Positions 23,447 to 26,316 of a stretch of DNA of 26,316 nt are shown one piece after another. Within the stretch, counting starts at the first letter, position 1. Every line of letters starts with the position of its first letter. Under the pieces are notes generated by a model. The model did not search any database and was not told where the DNA came from. It was given only the letters and a program-made list of their open reading frames with translations. Source of the stretch: a virus (lineage: Duplodnaviria; Caudoviricetes); the IMG/VR virus record IMGVR_UViG_3300009161_000197, positions 1 to 26,316 of that record; one strand, given 5' to 3'. The position numbers and the translations under genes are program-made.

Positions 23447-23479
23447 AAACGTCATAAGACATAACTAATAATAAAAATT

Positions 23480-23620
23480 ATGAAAAAAGAAAACACGTAC
23501 ATCGCACCGCCATTAGGTATCTGCATTAAATGGTGGAAATCAAAAGGACAAGCCGAAGCAACTACAGGAAGCTTCAACTATGAATTATACTTACAGTATT
23601 TAAAAGCAATAAACAAATAA
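23480..23620 (+). CDS. Hypothetical early protein (46 aa, MKKENTYIAPPLGICIKWW...LKAINK), not in ORF track
   Basis: First ORF after the early promoter, strong A-rich initiation region, stop 2 nt before next ATG. Confidence 0.75.
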   Translation: MKKENTYIAPPLGICIKWWKSKGQAEATTGSFNYELYLQYLKAINK

Positions 23621-23622
23621 TT

Positions 23623-23841
23623 ATGAAAAGCAGAGCAAACACAACATACGTCAATTATATGGACGTTGAGTTAGAAGTAGAATACGAAGATACCTACGAC
23701 AATAGATTTCCTGAAGATGGACAAACGATCTATGTTCACCGAGTTTATTGCGCCGGTGTTAATATCACTGGTCTATTCGATGTAGACAAAGGACAGATGA
23801 GATACGATTTAATTAACCTTTACTTAGAAACTATAGTATGA
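23623..23841 (+). CDS. Hypothetical early protein (72 aa)
   Basis: AATTATGAAAA start context; ATGA-coupled to next gene. Confidence 0.75.
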   Translation: MKSRANTTYVNYMDVELEVEYEDTYDNRFPEDGQTIYVHRVYCAGVNITGLFDVDKGQMRYDLINLYLETIV

Positions 23842-24089
23842 AAAACTTAAACGACTTAATGCAGTTAACTGCTGAAATGATGCAGACAGAAGGTAAAAGT
23901 AATAAATTTTTTATTCGAATTTATGGACACGTGCAAAAAATAGAAGTTACATATTACAAAAACGGTTGGAGCGCAGAATCAGATATAAAACCTATCGAAA
24001 GAAGTGCTTACTTTAACAATACTGAACAAATTGAATTATTATACTGGCATTTAAAATTATTATTAAAAAGTAATGACTATGAAAATTGA
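23838..24089 (+). CDS. Hypothetical early protein (83 aa)
   Basis: Coupled ORF in early cluster. Confidence 0.75.
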   Translation: MKNLNDLMQLTAEMMQTEGKSNKFFIRIYGHVQKIEVTYYKNGWSAESDIKPIERSAYFNNTEQIELLYWHLKLLLKSNDYEN

Positions 24090-24258
24090 AATGAATGAAG
24101 GTTTTGAGATCACAGAAGAGATTATCAAAATAGCGAACGGTTATGATTTCTACACATCATATATAGATAACTACGGACAAATGATGGAAGCTAAAGAAAA
24201 AAATACAAAAATAATGATTAAATTAAATAATTTAGGAGTTAAAAATTTAAATAAATAA
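24073..24258 (+). CDS. Hypothetical early protein (about 60 aa; start 24073 or 24079)
   Basis: Fills the gap before erf; YDFYTSYIDN motif. Confidence 0.65.
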   Translation: MTMKIEMNEGFEITEEIIKIANGYDFYTSYIDNYGQMMEAKEKNTKIMIKLNNLGVKNLNK

Positions 24259-24260
24259 TT

Positions 24261-24773
24261 ATGAAAATATACGCAAAAATACACGAAGCTAAGCAAGAGA
24301 TAGGAGTAGTTAAGAAAAATGCAAAGAACCCGCACTTTAAAAATACTTATGCTGATTTAAACGCATTAATTGAAGCGGTTGAACCAGTACTACTAGAAAA
24401 GGGTTTAATACTATTACAACCGATTAAAGACGGCAAGGTGTTCACACAGATAATAGATATTGATACTTTTGAGATGGTCGAAAGTAGTATTGATTTAAGC
24501 CCTAACTTAACAGCTCAAGCATTAGGAAGCCAAGTTACTTACTATCGTAGATATACTTTACAAAGTTTAATGAGCTTACAAGCTGATGATGATGACGGTC
24601 AAAAAGCAAGTGCGCCACAATCAATTGCTAAACCAATTTGTTCTCCTGCAGCATTCGAGAAAGCAGTAAGTAGATACGAAGGTTTAGAGTTAGACGTGTT
24701 TGATAAACTTAAAACAGTATATATATTAACAGCACAACAACAATTAGAAATTAACGAAATAACTAAAAACTAA
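24261..24773 (+). CDS. erf: ERF-family single-strand annealing recombinase
   Basis: KNPHFKNTYADL, GSQVTYYRRYTLQSLMSLQADDDDG signature. Confidence 0.92.
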   Translation: MKIYAKIHEAKQEIGVVKKNAKNPHFKNTYADLNALIEAVEPVLLEKGLILLQPIKDGKVFTQIIDIDTFEMVESSIDLSPNLTAQALGSQVTYYRRYTLQSLMSLQADDDDGQKASAPQSIAKPICSPAAFEKAVSRYEGLELDVFDKLKTVYILTAQQQLEINEITKN

Positions 24774-24778
24774 ACAAG

Positions 24779-25228
24779 ATGAATAATTTAGAAAGACAAC
24801 AAAGAGAAAGCGTTATTGAAATCACACCAACTACGCTACAGGATTACTTCGGTATATTAATCGAAGCAGTTAGAAACGGGGAACTAAATGCTTTAGAACT
24901 TTACGGTAAAGCAAAAGAGATTGAAGAGTTAGCGCAAAAGGTTAAAATTGAAATACAAATGCTGGCAATTGATGAAGCTGAAAAAAGAGTAGAAAAAACA
25001 TTTAACTTCGGTAACTTTAAATTTACCAAAGTAGAAGGACGTAGAATGATTGACTATTCAGAAATTGAAGAGTATCAGATTGCTAAGGCTAACCTTAAAG
25101 AGATTGAGGATAAATATAAGCAAGTTGCTTTAAGTAGTTTAGCAAGCTTAGATGAAAGCACTGGGGAGATACTTAAACGTCCAATCGTAACATTCTCTAA
25201 AAGTTCAATTTCAGTTAAAAATATTTAA
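24779..25228 (+). CDS. Conserved-type hypothetical protein adjacent to erf
   Basis: 149 aa helical, DYS...LKEIE...DESTGEI..P pattern; function unknown. Confidence 0.75.
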   Translation: MNNLERQQRESVIEITPTTLQDYFGILIEAVRNGELNALELYGKAKEIEELAQKVKIEIQMLAIDEAEKRVEKTFNFGNFKFTKVEGRRMIDYSEIEEYQIAKANLKEIEDKYKQVALSSLASLDESTGEILKRPIVTFSKSSISVKNI

Positions 25229-25229
25229 G

Positions 25230-25355
25230 ATGAGAGAGTTCCAAGACGATGATAATATTAGAGAGCTGAAATTCTTAATAAAACTATTTTTAACGATTAC
25301 AGTAATATCAGGATTAATTTTAGCGTTTACAATTTACGAAATATTTACCAAATGA
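25230..25355 (+). CDS. Small single-pass membrane protein (41 aa, MREFQDDDNIRELKFLIKLFLTITVISGLILAFTIYEIFTK), not in ORF track
   Basis: Starts 1 nt after upstream stop; ATGA-coupled to next ORF; clear TM segment. Confidence 0.7.
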   Translation: MREFQDDDNIRELKFLIKLFLTITVISGLILAFTIYEIFTK

Positions 25356-25525
25356 AAAGACAACTTAAAAAAAACATCATAGATTTTAGTGAGATTGACC
25401 TTACTAACATCTTAAAGATTACAGAGATTAACGGTCTAAAAGAGGATGCTAATAACCTTGTTAAATTAGCGTTTAAATTAGTGGATCAAATGGTTGAAGC
25501 AGACCTTAAAACATTAGAGCTATGA
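25352..25525 (+). CDS. Hypothetical protein (57 aa, MKRQLKKNII...LKTLEL), not in ORF track
   Basis: ATGA overlaps at both ends. Confidence 0.7.
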   Translation: MKRQLKKNIIDFSEIDLTNILKITEINGLKEDANNLVKLAFKLVDQMVEADLKTLEL

Positions 25526-25734
25526 AACAGACAGCAGTAGAATGGGTGCTAGAAAAGTTAACTGAAACTCATACAAACGATGAGTGGAAAAAAATTATCA
25601 AACAAGCTAAAGAAATTGAGAAGCAACAGATTATAGAATCATATTGTATAGGTTGTTTAGACATTACAAAAGATGAAAATATTTTCCCAAGAGAAACAAG
25701 CGAAGATTATTACAACGAAACTTTTAAATCATGA
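25522..25734 (+). CDS. Hypothetical protein of the MKQTAVEW small phage protein type
   Basis: MKQTAVEW...QAKEIEKQQII..Y...EDYYNETFK pattern I recognise from Bacteroidota phages. Confidence 0.75.
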   Translation: MKQTAVEWVLEKLTETHTNDEWKKIIKQAKEIEKQQIIESYCIGCLDITKDENIFPRETSEDYYNETFKS

Positions 25735-26057
25735 AACTAGAAGAAGCTATAAGCCTTTTAAAAATACACCAAGAGTGGAGGTTAGGAGGTGATACAGAAA
25801 TGATATACCCTAAGGAATTAACTCAAGCAATCGATGTAGTAATAAACGAATTTACACTAATAAAAAAAGAGATGACAGCTAAGGAAAAATCAGAACACCT
25901 GATAAGACAAATGACAGTAGACTTTAATATTGACTACAACCAGAGCGTGTTGTGCGCTTTGATTTGCTGCGATGAGGTGTTAGATAGTCTTCAGCTTCAC
26001 GATATTGTTATGATTGATTATTGGGATAGGGTTAAATTAGAATTAGAGAAACTATGA
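25731..26057 (+). CDS. Hypothetical protein, apparent fusion of two small modules
   Basis: Module 1 MKLEEAI..L..HQEWR.G...ELTQAID; module 2 from Met48 MTAKEK...ALICCDEVL...YWDRVK.ELEKL. Confidence 0.7.
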   Translation: MKLEEAISLLKIHQEWRLGGDTEMIYPKELTQAIDVVINEFTLIKKEMTAKEKSEHLIRQMTVDFNIDYNQSVLCALICCDEVLDSLQLHDIVMIDYWDRVKLELEKL

Positions 26058-26314
26058 TAAGTGATAACTGTTTAGTAGGGTGTAGAGAAACACACCACCA
26101 TAGAAACTGCAACGAATATATGCAGCTTAACAATCATGTAGAAACGAAATTCTTAGAAACAAAAGAAGTGATCGCTAGAAAAGGATATGCTAATTTAATA
26201 ACTCCTATGAATATCTACATTGTCCTAGAAAAATATAAACAGCAATATATGATACAATGTGATAATGGAAAAATTCACAAGCTTTCAAAGAAATTGTTTT
26301 ACGGTAAAATTTAA
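26054..26314 (+). CDS. Hypothetical protein with Cys/His-rich N-terminus and SH3-like beta C-terminus
   Basis: CLVGCRETHHHRNC; C-terminal YIVL...YMIQCDNGK; stop at 26312-26314. Confidence 0.6.
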   Translation: MISDNCLVGCRETHHHRNCNEYMQLNNHVETKFLETKEVIARKGYANLITPMNIYIVLEKYKQQYMIQCDNGKIHKLSKKLFYGKI

Positions 26315-26316
26315 AA

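Noticed and set aside
1-26316. Stop-codon reassignment, tRNAs, introns/inteins, DGR
   Set aside because: Genes tile densely under the standard code with TAA, TGA and TAG all used as stops; terL and capsid are uninterrupted; no cloverleaf, reverse transcriptase or adenine-variant repeat pair was seen.

Overview
This 26.3 kb AT-rich window is part of a tailed dsDNA phage genome (probably siphovirus-like), with all credible genes on the + strand. The host is probably Bacteroidota/Flavobacteria-like: genes lack Shine-Dalgarno motifs, have A-rich initiation regions, and several follow TTTG-N19-TAnnTTTG-type promoters. The window holds a complete but shuffled morphogenesis region in this order: small ORFs and a HAD-domain fusion, terminase small and large subunits, two glycosyltransferase genes (three GT domains), a frameshifting tail-chaperone-like gene, neck and tail-tip genes, tape measure, prohead protease/scaffold, major capsid, tail tube, portal, adaptor, tail terminator, fibre genes and a lysis cassette. 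An early region of small ORFs with an ERF recombinase follows. The most notable signals are (1) a promoter- and terminator-bounded ~75-nt RNA carrying the exact antisense of the AATTATGAAAA start context of downstream early genes, (2) a 21-bp palindrome repeated at three operon boundaries that resembles a Flavobacterial Fur box, (3) several -7 elements placed 4-5 nt before an ATG, suggesting leaderless late mRNAs, (4) a -1 frameshift at a T9 run, and (5) glycosyltransferases embedded in the virion operon. Product calls come from motif recognition and context only; no searches were run.
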